From the NCBI GenBank assembly GCA_016181585.1, contig JACOYX010000025.1, forward strand, positions 1 through 40,996: DNA of 40,996 nucleotides. The letters run 5' to 3'. Shown piece by piece: positions 1 through 8,680 of this stretch (the stretch's first letter is position 1; every line of letters starts with the position of its first letter). This DNA is from Candidatus Sungiibacteriota bacterium. Its GTDB lineage: Bacteria > Patescibacteriota > Minisyncoccia > Sungbacterales > HO2-52-23. Under the pieces are notes generated by a model, which ran no database searches, was not told the DNA's origin, and was given only the letters and a program-made list of their open reading frames with translations. The position numbers and the translations under genes are program-made.

Positions 1-95
1 TCGAGGCCTATCGGCTTAGATAAGTCAAGAAATTTTGAAGCGATTTTGGCCTAAATTAAGAAATTGCAGTAGAAGTATATTTGCGCAGTAGGTCT
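1..95. mobile_element. MITE-like palindromic element, family A, right half (cut by window edge)
   Basis: Near-identical to the right half of the copies at 4439-4602 and 14164-14330. Ends in the family terminus CGCAGTAGGTCT at 84-95. Confidence 0.75.
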
Positions 96-167
96 AATGA
101 TGTTTGTGGTGATTATAACCCGTCTCATGATGTATTTTTGATAGGATTCTATGCAATTCTGAATAAT

Positions 168-200
168 CATAAAAAATAAGACGAATATATTCGTCTTATT
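168..200 (-). terminator. Rho-independent terminator of the 210..641 gene
   Basis: Perfect palindrome AATAAGACGAA-TATA-TTCGTCTTATT at 175-200, followed on the minus strand by a T-run. Confidence 0.7.
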
Positions 201-209
201 AGTGTAATA

Positions 210-641
210 TCAAATAATGATAAAAGTTCCGTCTTTTTGATCCTGTTTTCGCGGCTCACGTTTAACAGTGTGTCTTGGAATATATCTACCAAGGTAGCGT
301 TGCTGTTTTTTTGTAAAGTTATGCCAATAATATTCTTCTCTGCGAAAAATCTGATCATTTGTTTCACAATTGATACGGCGTTTTGAAAGCTTGTGAAGTG
401 CCTCATGAAGTAATACTTTTGCGGCGGGTGTATCGGGGGGGTCGTGTGTTAAATACACTGATTTATGGCCATGCGTCATTATACCATGGAGCAGTTGATT
501 CGGATTATCCGGAGCGACAATAAGATCATCTTTTCTATAAATTGCCTCTAATTGTTCAATGGCGCATATTATTTTTCGGAACATATTGTCAATTCTTTTT
601 TTGCCCGAGAATGGAAATTTCCCTCTTTGTCTCTTTTTCAT
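210..641 (-). CDS. Small basic protein with an HExxH motif (LLHEALH); function unknown, possibly a Zn-peptidase-like fold
   Basis: ATG at 641 has GGAG 8 nt upstream; the track ORF 210..677 begins at an upstream TTG. 143 aa, with a terminator hairpin directly downstream. Confidence 0.5.
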   Translation of the reverse strand: MKKRQRGKFPFSGKKRIDNMFRKIICAIEQLEAIYRKDDLIVAPDNPNQLLHGIMTHGHKSVYLTHDPPDTPAAKVLLHEALHKLSKRRINCETNDQIFRREEYYWHNFTKKQQRYLGRYIPRHTVKREPRKQDQKDGTFIII

Positions 642-702
642 ACGGATCTCCGTAATGTGAAAGATCTGTTTCTTCAATTAAGATTACGGTATTTTTGATT
701 TA

Positions 703-732
703 TTGACAAATTGCCATGTTTCCTTCTATACT
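703..732 (+). promoter_or_regulatory. Sigma-70-like promoter upstream of nusA
   Basis: TTGACA (703-708), 18-nt spacer, TATACT (727-732). Confidence 0.45.
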
Positions 733-780
733 GGTTAATGTACGGTCCGTGGAAACGGGCCTTTATTCTTAAATAAATTC

Positions 781-912
781 AAAATTAAAAATTAAAAGAT
801 CAAAATTAAGGTATCGCCCTTCGCGGTGGTTTATATAAATAAGCACCACTTGCCCGTCACGGCGGGCGGAACACCATAATTTTACATTTTGATTTTTACA
901 TTTTGATTTTCC
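781..912. repeat. AT-rich imperfect inverted repeat with a tandem TTACATTTTGATTT x2 right arm (family F)
   Basis: The left arm AAAATTAAAAATTAAAAGATCAAAATTAAGG is roughly complementary to the right arm CCATAATTTTACATTTTGATTTTTACATTTTGATTTT. A GC-rich centre lies between them. Confidence 0.45.
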
Positions 913-915
913 AAC

Positions 916-2193
916 GTGGATCTTAAATCATTTACGCAGGCAATCCAGCAGATTGCCGACGAAAAGGGCATTCCGCGCGAGCGCATTATCGAAACTATCG
1001 AAATGGCGCTCTCCGCCGCATATAAGCGCGATTATGGCAAGAAAGGTCAGATTGTACGCGCAACGCTTGATCCGGACAAGGGGAAACTTGTGTTCCGGCA
1101 GGTTAAAATTGTGGTGGATGAGACAATGATAAAGTCCGAAGAAGAGGTAAAAGCGGAAGAAGAAGAGCGCATGCGGAGAACGGAAGAAGCGGCCGCAGGC
1201 GGGCAAAACGTATTGCAGGAGCCGTACGATCGTGGGGATGATGAAGAAGCAACTACGCTCGGCGAAGAGATAAAAAAAGTCCGTTTTAATCCGGAAAAGC
1301 ACATCATGCTTGAAGAAGCGCAGGCTATTCAATCGGACATAAAACCGGGTGATTCACTGGAATTTCCTTTAGAAACGCATGATGAGTACGGCCGTATTGC
1401 CGCGCAAACAGCAAAACAGGTTATTTTACAGCGCATTCGCGAGGCGGAGCGGGAATCGGTGTTTGATGAATTTAAAAATAAAGAAGGTGAATTGATTAGC
1501 GGTATTGTGCAACGAATCGAGGGACACAATGTGTTTATCGATATGGGCCGCACTGTGGGGCTTTTGCCGCCAGAAGAACAGCTTCCCCGTGAACGCTACC
1601 GCGTGGGTGAGCGGATAAAAGCGCTCCTTTTGGCGGTGGAAAAAAATGTACGGGGCCCGGGGGTGTTTCTTTCTCGTTCTCATCCGCGTCTTTTAAAGAA
1701 ACTTTTTGAAATAGAAGTGCCGGAAATAACCGCAGGGACAGTGGAAATTAAATCGGTGGCGCGAGAACCGGGATCTCGCTCCAAGGTTGCGGTGCATTCC
1801 AATGAAAACGCGATTGATCCGGTAGGCTCGCTGGTAGGACAGAAAGGTATTCGCGTTTCAACGGTTATCAGCGAACTTTCAGGCGAGAAAATCGATATTA
1901 TCGAGTGGTCGGCGAAACCGCAGGAATTTATCGCGCATGCACTTTCTCCGGCAAAAGTATTGAATGTGGAAATTGACGAGCGCCGCAAAGAGGCGCGGGC
2001 AATGGTGCCGGACAATGAGCTTTCGCTTGCAATTGGCAAAGGTGGACAAAATGTACGCCTTGCGGCCAAGCTTACCGGATGGAAAATAGATGTCCGGTCA
2101 GATAAAGAGCTGGTGCCTGCGGAAGCAGAGCAAGCGGAGGAACAATCACAGGAATCGGCGGATGGAGCCGAAAAAAAAGAGTCGGAGAAATAA
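916..2193 (+). CDS. nusA: Transcription termination/antitermination factor NusA
   Basis: GTG start. S1 domain (GELISGIVQRIEGHNVFIDMG) and two KH domains (VGQKGIRVSTV; IGKGGQNVRLAAKLTGWKIDV). Acidic insertion in the N-domain and an acidic C-tail. Confidence 0.95.
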   Translation: MDLKSFTQAIQQIADEKGIPRERIIETIEMALSAAYKRDYGKKGQIVRATLDPDKGKLVFRQVKIVVDETMIKSEEEVKAEEEERMRRTEEAAAGGQNVLQEPYDRGDDEEATTLGEEIKKVRFNPEKHIMLEEAQAIQSDIKPGDSLEFPLETHDEYGRIAAQTAKQVILQRIREAERESVFDEFKNKEGELISGIVQRIEGHNVFIDMGRTVGLLPPEEQLPRERYRVGERIKALLLAVEKNVRGPGVFLSRSHPRLLKKLFEIEVPEITAGTVEIKSVAREPGSRSKVAVHSNENAIDPVGSLVGQKGIRVSTVISELSGEKIDIIEWSAKPQEFIAHALSPAKVLNVEIDERRKEARAMVPDNELSLAIGKGGQNVRLAAKLTGWKIDVRSDKELVPAEAEQAEEQSQESADGAEKKESEK

Positions 2194-2199
2194 AAATCA

Positions 2200-2273
2200 G
2201 AATCACGAAGCATGAATTATGAATCATGGAAAATGCAGAAATTTTTAATTGCATAATTCATGATTCTTGATTC
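2200..2273. repeat. Long intercistronic hairpin, family E (GAATCA/TGATTC-rich)
   Basis: Arm 2200-2221 pairs with arm 2252-2273 at 20 of 22 positions. A related hairpin lies at 38748-38828. Confidence 0.6.
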
Positions 2274-2286
2274 ATGATTCCATTTT

Positions 2287-4278
2287 ATGCTTCTATTTCC
2301 TATTATTACCTCAATCGTTTCTATCGTTTTTGCAATACTTTTAATGTATTTTATCAAGCAATATCCGGCAGGTTCTGGAAAACAGCTTGAAATCTGGCAA
2401 GCGATTAAAGAAGGGTCACGTGCGTATTTAAGAAGGCAAAACACTACTGTATTTATTGTTGCCGTGGTTTTGGGTGTTTTGATCTGGATGCTTTTCGGAT
2501 CCGGTACTGCTTATGGCTTTTTCATTGGTGCGTTTGCATCAGCCCTTGCGGGATACCTTGGCATGATGACGGCAGTGGATGCGAATGTGCGCACCACGGA
2601 AGCCGCCAAACACGGACTTGCCCGCGCGTTTCGTGTGGCATTTCTTGGGGGTTCCGTAACGGGATTTTTGGTGGTTGGTTTGGCGCTTTTTTCCGTCAGT
2701 ATTTTCTATTTTTTCATGCGTGATGTATCACCCCTTGTCGGTTTGGCATTCGGCAGTTCGCTTATTTCCGTATTCGCACGGCTCGGCGGAGGCATATATA
2801 CCAAAGGCGCGGATGTGGGTGCGGATTTGGTGGGAAAAGTGGAGGCGGGTATTCCCGAAGATGATCCACGCAATCCGGCTGTCATTGCGGACAATGTGGG
2901 AGACAACGTGGGAGATTGTGCCGGTATGGCGGCGGATCTTTTTGAGACTTACGCGGTAACCGCTATTGCCGCAATGCTTTTAGGGTCTCTCCTCTACCCT
3001 GGGGAGGAAATTATGGTTATACTTCCGCTCTACATAGGCTCAGTGGCGATTATTGCTTCGATTATCGGAAGCTTTATGGTGCGCATACGCGCAAATGCGG
3101 AGCAGACGAGCATTATGGGCGGGCTTTACAAAGGACTTATCGGTGCTTCTGTCTTTTCTGTTTTGTTTATCTGGGTGGTATTTGCGTCCTATATTGAGCG
3201 TTCGTTGGTAAATCAGTACTTTATTGCCTCTCTTATGGGTATTGCGGTAACGGCGTTTATCGTGCTGGTTACTGAATACTATACTTCTAAAAAATTCCGG
3301 CCGGTAAAAACTATCGCCCGCGCTTCACTCACGGGGCATGGCACAAATATTATCATGGGTTTGGCGTTTTCTATGGAAGCCACCGCGCTTCCGGTTTTGA
3401 TCATCTCCGCCGGCATGCTCTTTGCCTATCTTGCGGCGGGGCTTTACGGTATTGCGCTTGCCGCAATGACCATGCTTGCAATGGCAGGCATTATTGTAGC
3501 CATAGATTCATTTGGGCCTATTACCGATAATGCAGGTGGTATTGCGGAAATGGCGGGACTTCCCGAATCGGTGCGTGCCGTTACCGATCCGCTGGATGCC
3601 GTGGGAAACACCACAAAAGCGATCACTAAGGGCTATGCCATTGCTTCAGCAGGCCTTGCGACGCTCGTGCTTTTTGCTTCATATATAGAAGAACTAAAAA
3701 ACTTCGGCCACGAAACGGTATTCGTGCTTTCTGATCCATATATCATTGTCGGTCTTTTGGTGGGAGCGATGATGCCCTATCTTTTTGGCTCTATGGCCAT
3801 GCGGGCTGTCGGGAAAGCGGCGCAAGGAGTGGTGGAGGAAGTGCGCCGGCAGTTCCGCGATATTAAAGGCATTATGGAAGGCACCGCAAAACCGCAGTAC
3901 GACAAAGCCGTTGATATTGTGACCAAATCGGCAATTCGGCAAATGATTATCCCGTCTTTGATCCCTATCGCAGTTCCCGTGCTTATGGTAATGATTTTTG
4001 ATGGGCATGAGGCGGAGACGCTTGGGGGACTTTTAATCGGCTCGATCGTTACCGGACTTTTTGTGGCACTCTCCATGACATCGGGAGGTGCGGCATGGGA
4101 TAACGCCAAAAAATTTATTGAGGAGGGTAATTACGGCGGGAAAAAATCCCTTGCGCATCAAGCGGCGGTAACGGGAGATACTGTCGGTGATCCGTATAAA
4201 GATACTGCGGGTCCTGCGATCAACCCGATGATTAAAATAGTGAATATTGTGGCGTTATTGTTGGTGAGGCTAATGTAA
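2287..4278 (+). CDS. hppA: Membrane-bound proton-translocating pyrophosphatase (K+-independent type)
   Basis: Diagnostic motifs [41 protein letters not shown] and [24 protein letters not shown] carries Lys where K+-dependent enzymes have Ala. Multi-TM, 663 aa. Confidence 0.95.
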   Translation: MLLFPIITSIVSIVFAILLMYFIKQYPAGSGKQLEIWQAIKEGSRAYLRRQNTTVFIVAVVLGVLIWMLFGSGTAYGFFIGAFASALAGYLGMMTAVDANVRTTEAAKHGLARAFRVAFLGGSVTGFLVVGLALFSVSIFYFFMRDVSPLVGLAFGSSLISVFARLGGGIYTKGADVGADLVGKVEAGIPEDDPRNPAVIADNVGDNVGDCAGMAADLFETYAVTAIAAMLLGSLLYPGEEIMVILPLYIGSVAIIASIIGSFMVRIRANAEQTSIMGGLYKGLIGASVFSVLFIWVVFASYIERSLVNQYFIASLMGIAVTAFIVLVTEYYTSKKFRPVKTIARASLTGHGTNIIMGLAFSMEATALPVLIISAGMLFAYLAAGLYGIALAAMTMLAMAGIIVAIDSFGPITDNAGGIAEMAGLPESVRAVTDPLDAVGNTTKAITKGYAIASAGLATLVLFASYIEELKNFGHETVFVLSDPYIIVGLLVGAMMPYLFGSMAMRAVGKAAQGVVEEVRRQFRDIKGIMEGTAKPQYDKAVDIVTKSAIRQMIIPSLIPIAVPVLMVMIFDGHEAETLGGLLIGSIVTGLFVALSMTSGGAAWDNAKKFIEEGNYGGKKSLAHQAAVTGDTVGDPYKDTAGPAINPMIKIVNIVALLLVRLM

Positions 4279-4292
4279 AGAGTATTTTTGGT

Positions 4293-4384
4293 GTCATTCT
4301 GAGCCTGCCCGTCTGCTGTCTTAGGCCGTCTGCGACAGCCAGACTAGGCAGCAGACAGCGGCCATGGCGACAGCGAAGAATCTC
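4293..4384. repeat. GC-rich hairpin repeat, family D (GTCATTCTGAGC ... GCGAAGAATCTC)
   Basis: Core CTTAGGCCGTCTGCGACAGCCAGACTAGG recurs at 8641-8669 as CTTAGACCATCTGCGACAGTCAGACTAGA. Flanking arms are complementary (CCGTCTGCTG / CAGCAGACAGCGG). Confidence 0.6.
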
Positions 4385-4390
4385 ATTACT

Positions 4391-4692
4391 ATGCAAAATC
4401 TTTTTTATGTATACATTGCCACGAATAAATATAATACTAGACCTACTGCGTAAAGATTTTCGTAACGAAATTTCTTAATTTAGAGACAAAATCGCTGAAT
4501 AAATTTCGAGGCCTATCGGGCTTAGATAAGCCAAGAAATTTTGGGGCGATTCCGGGCCTAAATTAAGAAATTGCAGTAGAAGTATCTTTGCGCAGTAGGT
4601 ATACTGTGCTTTACACGGGAGTAATCAACAGTTTAACGCGTCGCATGCACGAACATAGGAATAAATTGAAAGAGATGACAATTTTTTCATGA
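4391..4692 (+). pseudogene. GIY-YIG (UPF0213-like) nuclease gene remnant, split by a family A MITE and C-terminally truncated
   Basis: Left part 4391-4438 encodes MQNLFYVYIATNKYNT; right part 4606-4692 encodes VLYTGVINSLTRRMHEHRNKLKEMTIFS*. Removing 4439-4605 restores one frame carrying the GIY...YxG...R...H.H pattern. It is only 44 aa, so the catalytic Glu region is absent. Confidence 0.7.
4439..4602 (+). mobile_element. MITE-like element, family A, full copy inserted in the GIY-YIG ORF
   Basis: Termini AGACCTACTGCG ... CGCAGTAGGTAT. Flanked by direct ACT (4436-4438 and 4603-4605). The interior folds into a long imperfect hairpin. Confidence 0.8.
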
Positions 4693-5999
4693 ACTACAAA
4701 TGTAACAAACTACCCCATTCGGAGATAGAAGTGGAAATCACCCTTCCTTTTGCCGAGTTTGAATCGCAGGTGAAACGTGCGGTTGTTTTGCTTTCCGAGG
4801 AAATAGAAATTGAAGGATTCCGCAAAGGAAAAGCACCGTATGAGATGGTGAAACAACGGATTGGAGAGGCGGCGATTTATGAGCGAGCGGCGGATATTGC
4901 GGTGCGTAAAGTTTGGTCTGAAGTATTTGACCGAATGACCGTATTGGGCGAACTTTCTGCGGAAAATCCGCTGATAGGGCGTCCCGAGGTTTCGATAACG
5001 AAGCTCGCGCCGGGAAACGATTTGGAATTTAAGGTTAAAATCACCATTCTTCCTTCCGTGAAACTTCCGGATTATCAGGCAATCGCCAAGAGAGTGCGGG
5101 GGGAGAAAAAAGAAATTGCTGTGGAAGATAAAGAAATTGACGAAGCACTCAATTGGCTTCGGGATTCGCGGACAAAACTTGTGACAGTGGACCGTGAGGC
5201 GAAAAAAGGAGACCGCGTAGAAGTTGATTTTCAAATCAGCCGCGGGGGGGTGAAAATAGAAAATGGCGAATCAAAAAATCATCCGCTTATTTTAGGACAA
5301 GAAAAGTTTCTTCCAGGTTTTGAAGGTGCGGTAATGGGCATGAAAAAGGGAGATAAGAAAGAATTTACCCTTGAAATCCCGAAAAATTGGCATGACGACG
5401 CGCTGGCCGGCAAACCATTTGATTTTTCGGTTACTATGGGACTTGTGCAGGACAGACAAACACCGGAGGCGACGGATGAATTTGCTAAAACTTTAGGCAA
5501 TTATGAATCACTGGATGCATTGAAGGCGAATATTAGGGAAGGACTGGAGACCGAGAAAAAAGAAAAAGAAAGTCAGCGGATAAAAGCGCTTATGATTGAA
5601 GATATCGCCAAACAAGCAGAAATTGATGTGCCGGAGACGTTGGTTACTTCCGAGCTTGAGAAAATGAAACAAGAGCTTGATGCGAATATCACACAGGTCG
5701 GCATGAAATGGGAGGATTATCTTTTGCATATTAAAAAGAGTGAAGAGGATTTAAAAAGAGATTGGCGTGAAGAGGCAGTGCGCAGGGTACGGATTGCCCT
5801 CTGCCTTCGTGCAATAGCCAATGAGGAACATGTGACGGCACCGGAGGAGGAAATAGCCGAACGGGCGCAACAATATTTACAGCGCTTCGGTTCTATTAAA
5901 GAGGCGGAGAAAGCCATTGACCCTGAAGCGTTGAGAGAGTATATTCGTGGCATTGTTCGGAATGAAAAGGTGTTTAGTGCGCTGGAAAATATAAAATAA
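4689..5999 (+). CDS. tig: Trigger factor
   Basis: N-terminal GFRKGKAPYEMV ribosome-binding signature, central FKBP-like region, 436 aa, immediately upstream of clpP. Confidence 0.92.
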   Translation: MNYKCNKLPHSEIEVEITLPFAEFESQVKRAVVLLSEEIEIEGFRKGKAPYEMVKQRIGEAAIYERAADIAVRKVWSEVFDRMTVLGELSAENPLIGRPEVSITKLAPGNDLEFKVKITILPSVKLPDYQAIAKRVRGEKKEIAVEDKEIDEALNWLRDSRTKLVTVDREAKKGDRVEVDFQISRGGVKIENGESKNHPLILGQEKFLPGFEGAVMGMKKGDKKEFTLEIPKNWHDDALAGKPFDFSVTMGLVQDRQTPEATDEFAKTLGNYESLDALKANIREGLETEKKEKESQRIKALMIEDIAKQAEIDVPETLVTSELEKMKQELDANITQVGMKWEDYLLHIKKSEEDLKRDWREEAVRRVRIALCLRAIANEEHVTAPEEEIAERAQQYLQRFGSIKEAEKAIDPEALREYIRGIVRNEKVFSALENIK

Positions 6000-6011
6000 C
6001 AAATTTATCTT

Positions 6012-6632
6012 ATGAATAACGAAATCAATAATCAATATCTAATTCCAACAGTTATCGAGAAGTCGCAATTCGGCGAGCGGGCGTATGATATTTATTCGCG
6101 GCTTTTACGGGATAGGATCATTTTTCTCGGCGGGCAGATTAATGACGGCATGGCAAACGCCATTATTGCGCAACTCCTGTTTTTGGAGTCGGAGGACGAA
6201 AAAAAGGATATCAAGCTCTACATAAACTCCCCCGGAGGCTCGGTTTCGGCGGCTTTGGCGATTTATGACACGATGCAATATGTAAAGCCTGATGTAGCGA
6301 CAATAACCATCGGTATTGCGGCATCGGGTGCGGCATTGCTTCTTTCCTCCGGCGCAAAAGGCAAGCGATTCGCGCTACCCAACGCCGAAGTGCTTATTCA
6401 TCAGGTTATGGCTGGTGGCATTGAGGGTCAGGCCACGGAAATTGAAATTTCCGCAAAACATATTTTACGCTTGAAAGCGCTTTTGAATGAAATTCTTGCC
6501 AAACACACAGGGAAACCGGTCTCGCAAGTGGAAAAAGATACCGACCGCGATTATTATATGACCGGAGAAGAGGCTAAAAAATACGGTATCATAGATGAAA
6601 TCATCAAACGAAAAATACCCAATGGAAAATAA
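6012..6632 (+). CDS. clpP: ATP-dependent Clp protease proteolytic subunit
   Basis: Catalytic-triad contexts [12 protein letters not shown] (Ser), VLIHQ (His) and DTDRDYYM (Asp). 206 aa. Confidence 0.95.
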   Translation: MNNEINNQYLIPTVIEKSQFGERAYDIYSRLLRDRIIFLGGQINDGMANAIIAQLLFLESEDEKKDIKLYINSPGGSVSAALAIYDTMQYVKPDVATITIGIAASGAALLLSSGAKGKRFALPNAEVLIHQVMAGGIEGQATEIEISAKHILRLKALLNEILAKHTGKPVSQVEKDTDRDYYMTGEEAKKYGIIDEIIKRKIPNGK

Positions 6633-6633
6633 A

Positions 6634-6737
6634 GAGTCTGTTGCCGAATACCACTTTGGCTGCAATTGCATAAATTCGGTCAAATTTTGAAGCGATTTTG
6701 GCGCGAATTGAAATTGCAGTAGAATCATCTTTAATCA
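6634..6737. repeat. Family B repeat, chimeric with the family A right-arm module
   Basis: Starts GAGTCTGTTGCCGAATA right after the clpP stop. Contains AAATTTTGAAGCGATTTTGGC and ATTGCAGTAGAA, both shared with family A. Confidence 0.6.
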
Positions 6738-6886
6738 GGGGTCTGTTGCCGAATACCATTCGTTCCGAAAATGATGAATTTATAGACAAAATTGCTGAAC
6801 AAACTTTGAGGCCTATCTGGAATATAAGCCAAAAAGTTTTGAAGCTATTTTGGCAGAAATTCATCATTTGCAGGAGAAATGGGTCC
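6738..6886. mobile_element. MITE-like element, family B (GGGTCTGTTGCCGAATACC subtype)
   Basis: About 95 percent identical over its shared length to 11330-11436 and 40885-40996. Internal arms 6767-6781 and 6857-6869 are complementary. Confidence 0.7.
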
Positions 6887-6892
6887 ATACAA

Positions 6893-8479
6893 TTACCCTT
6901 CCGTCAATAGGTTTTTAAGGAGGCTATCCCCCGTCATTTCATGGGGTTTTTTAAGTTCCAGGAGGTCAATGATGGTAGGCGCGATGTCAGTCAGAATTCC
7001 GCCGATTTCTGCTTTTTTTTCGGCTATTTTTTCAGGACTGCGGGGAGTTTGCCGCTTAAAAGCTGAGCCGACGAGATAAAAAGGCACGGGGTTGAGCGAG
7101 TGTTCGGTTATTTTTTCTCCCGTCATAACACTGCGCTTGAGTTCTATATTGCCGTGGTCCCCTGTGATGAGTAAAACGCTTTCCGGATTATTGAGAATAA
7201 GATCGGTAAGTTCTCCTAAAATACCGTCGAGAGTTTCTACGGCACGGATGGCGGATTGGTAGTTGCCGGAGTGCCCTACCATATCGGCATTGGCAAAATT
7301 AGCGATAATGACGTCGTGTGTATTAAACTTTTCGACGATTGTTGATGCAACTTCTTTTGCACGCATTTCCGGCACTTCGTCAAAATGGGCGGCTTGCACC
7401 GAAGGGATCAAGGCTCGCTCTTCTCCCTCAAATGGCGTTTCAATGCCCCCGTTCAAAAAATAGGTAACATGCGCATATTTTTCCGTTTCGGCGATATGGA
7501 GGTGAGTGAGCTTTTCTTCGGAGAGCACCCGTGCCAATGGCCAGTTTATATCAAGCGGCGGAAATGCAGTGACCGCTTTTATTCCCTTCTGATATTCGGT
7601 CATCGTGACAGTGAATAGGTTTTCTATGGGTGCGCGGGGAAAGTCTTGGAAATTTTCTTCGACAAATGCGCGGGTAAGCTGACGCATGGAATCCTCGCGG
7701 AAGTTAAAAAAAATCAATGCATCCCCTTTTTTCACCAAATTTTTCTCGCCGGCTTTGCTTTTTATATACGCAGGCTCGATAAATTCATCCATAATACCGC
7801 GATTGTACGAGTCTTGAAGATGCGCGGAAACCGACTCGACCTCTGTTCCTTTTTTGTCTGCAAGAAGTTCATATGCCACTTTGGTGCGATCTTCGTTCCC
7901 TTCGCGATCCATGGCATAAAACCGTCCGATGACCGAAGCAAGTTCGGCATGCGGCCACGATTTTGCAATGCGCTCTTCAAGCATTGCATAAAACTTTGCT
8001 CCTTCATTGGGCGGCGCATCTTTGCCGTCACTGAATGCATGAATGCATACCTGAACCTCGCGTGCTTGGGTGAGGTTGAGCAGGGCGTAGAGGTGGTCTA
8101 TATAGCTATGCGCGGAACCGGAGGATATAAGGCCGGCAAGGTGAACGACGCCGTTGTTTTTTCTTGCGTGCGCAATCGCCTTAAGAAATGCCTCATTTTT
8201 TTCAAATGTGCCATCGTAAATGGCGGAGATGATGCGCGGAAGATGATGATAGATCACACGCCCAGCGCCGATAGTTAGATGACCCACCTCTGAATTTCCC
8301 GGCTCTCCCCAAGGAAGCCCAACAGCCACACCGGAGGCCTGCAGGGTAGTAAAAGGGAACCATTGATCGAGAAACTGCAAATGGGGTATCTCGGCGGATG
8401 CCACGGGATTTCCAGAGGTTTCAAGCGAAACACCGAAGCCGTCAAGGATAATTAAAATAAGCGGTTTTGGACGAGACAT
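6893..8479 (-). CDS. gpmI: 2,3-bisphosphoglycerate-independent phosphoglycerate mutase
   Basis: Motifs LIILDGFG, NSEVGHLTIGAG, ADMVGHSG and ITGDHGN. Start moved to ATG 8479 (MSRPKPL...); the track's 48-aa N-terminal extension is AT-rich promoter sequence. Confidence 0.93.
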   Translation of the reverse strand: MSRPKPLILIILDGFGVSLETSGNPVASAEIPHLQFLDQWFPFTTLQASGVAVGLPWGEPGNSEVGHLTIGAGRVIYHHLPRIISAIYDGTFEKNEAFLKAIAHARKNNGVVHLAGLISSGSAHSYIDHLYALLNLTQAREVQVCIHAFSDGKDAPPNEGAKFYAMLEERIAKSWPHAELASVIGRFYAMDREGNEDRTKVAYELLADKKGTEVESVSAHLQDSYNRGIMDEFIEPAYIKSKAGEKNLVKKGDALIFFNFREDSMRQLTRAFVEENFQDFPRAPIENLFTVTMTEYQKGIKAVTAFPPLDINWPLARVLSEEKLTHLHIAETEKYAHVTYFLNGGIETPFEGEERALIPSVQAAHFDEVPEMRAKEVASTIVEKFNTHDVIIANFANADMVGHSGNYQSAIRAVETLDGILGELTDLILNNPESVLLITGDHGNIELKRSVMTGEKITEHSLNPVPFYLVGSAFKRQTPRSPEKIAEKKAEIGGILTDIAPTIIDLLELKKPHEMTGDSLLKNLLTEG

Positions 8480-8485
8480 AATGAT

Positions 8486-8513
8486 ATTATAATCTAAATC
8501 TGTTGATTTGTAA
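8486..8513 (-). promoter_or_regulatory. Promoter placing the TSS at or next to the gpmI start codon (leaderless-type)
   Basis: On the minus strand: TTACAA, 16 nt, TATAAT, 6 nt, ATG. Confidence 0.5.
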
Positions 8514-8630
8514 CGGTAACATAAAGTGTAAATATAAAAATGCAAAATGACAATATAAAATGCAAAATTATATAAATATATCTCACTCACTGCGGCGAAC
8601 GAGGGGATTCCAGAATTTTTCATTTTGTCC

Positions 8631-8680
8631 AGCCTGTCGTCTTAGACCATCTGCGACAGTCAGACTAGATCACAGGCGGC
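8631..8680. repeat. Family D hairpin repeat, second copy
   Basis: CCTGTCGTCTTAGACCATCTGCGACAGTCAGACTAGATCACAGGCGG. Shares its core with 4310-4360. Confidence 0.55.

Noticed and set aside
928-2213. Several 74-177-aa minus-strand ORFs inside nusA
   Set aside because: These are antisense shadows of a gene with unmistakable S1/KH motifs. Their translations are Ser/Cys/Phe-rich nonsense.
6012-6632. Absence of clpX after tig-clpP
   Set aside because: This is real in the window, but clpX can be encoded elsewhere. It cannot be judged as an anomaly from 41 kb.
6604-6910. ORFs 6604..6888(-), 6698..6910(+) and 6465..6728(-) in the clpP-gpmI spacer
   Set aside because: They translate family B repeat DNA. 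The same peptides would recur wherever the repeat occurs, and the differences between copies show no coding bias.
7646-8278. 210-aa plus-strand ORF inside gpmI, and similar antisense ORFs at 19109..19660 and 37997..38698
   Set aside because: Each is opposite a motif-supported CDS (gpmI, serine hydrolase, SLT fusion). No independent signals were seen.
8480-8623. N-terminal extensions proposed by the ORF track (gpmI to 8623; hydrolase to 19687; yraN to 18967; methyltransferase to 30574; pilin copy 5 to 35801; SLT to 38761)
   Set aside because: The extensions run through promoter AT-tracts, a tRNA gene, repeat elements or the preceding gene. In each case an internal ATG gives the conserved N-terminus or signal peptide.
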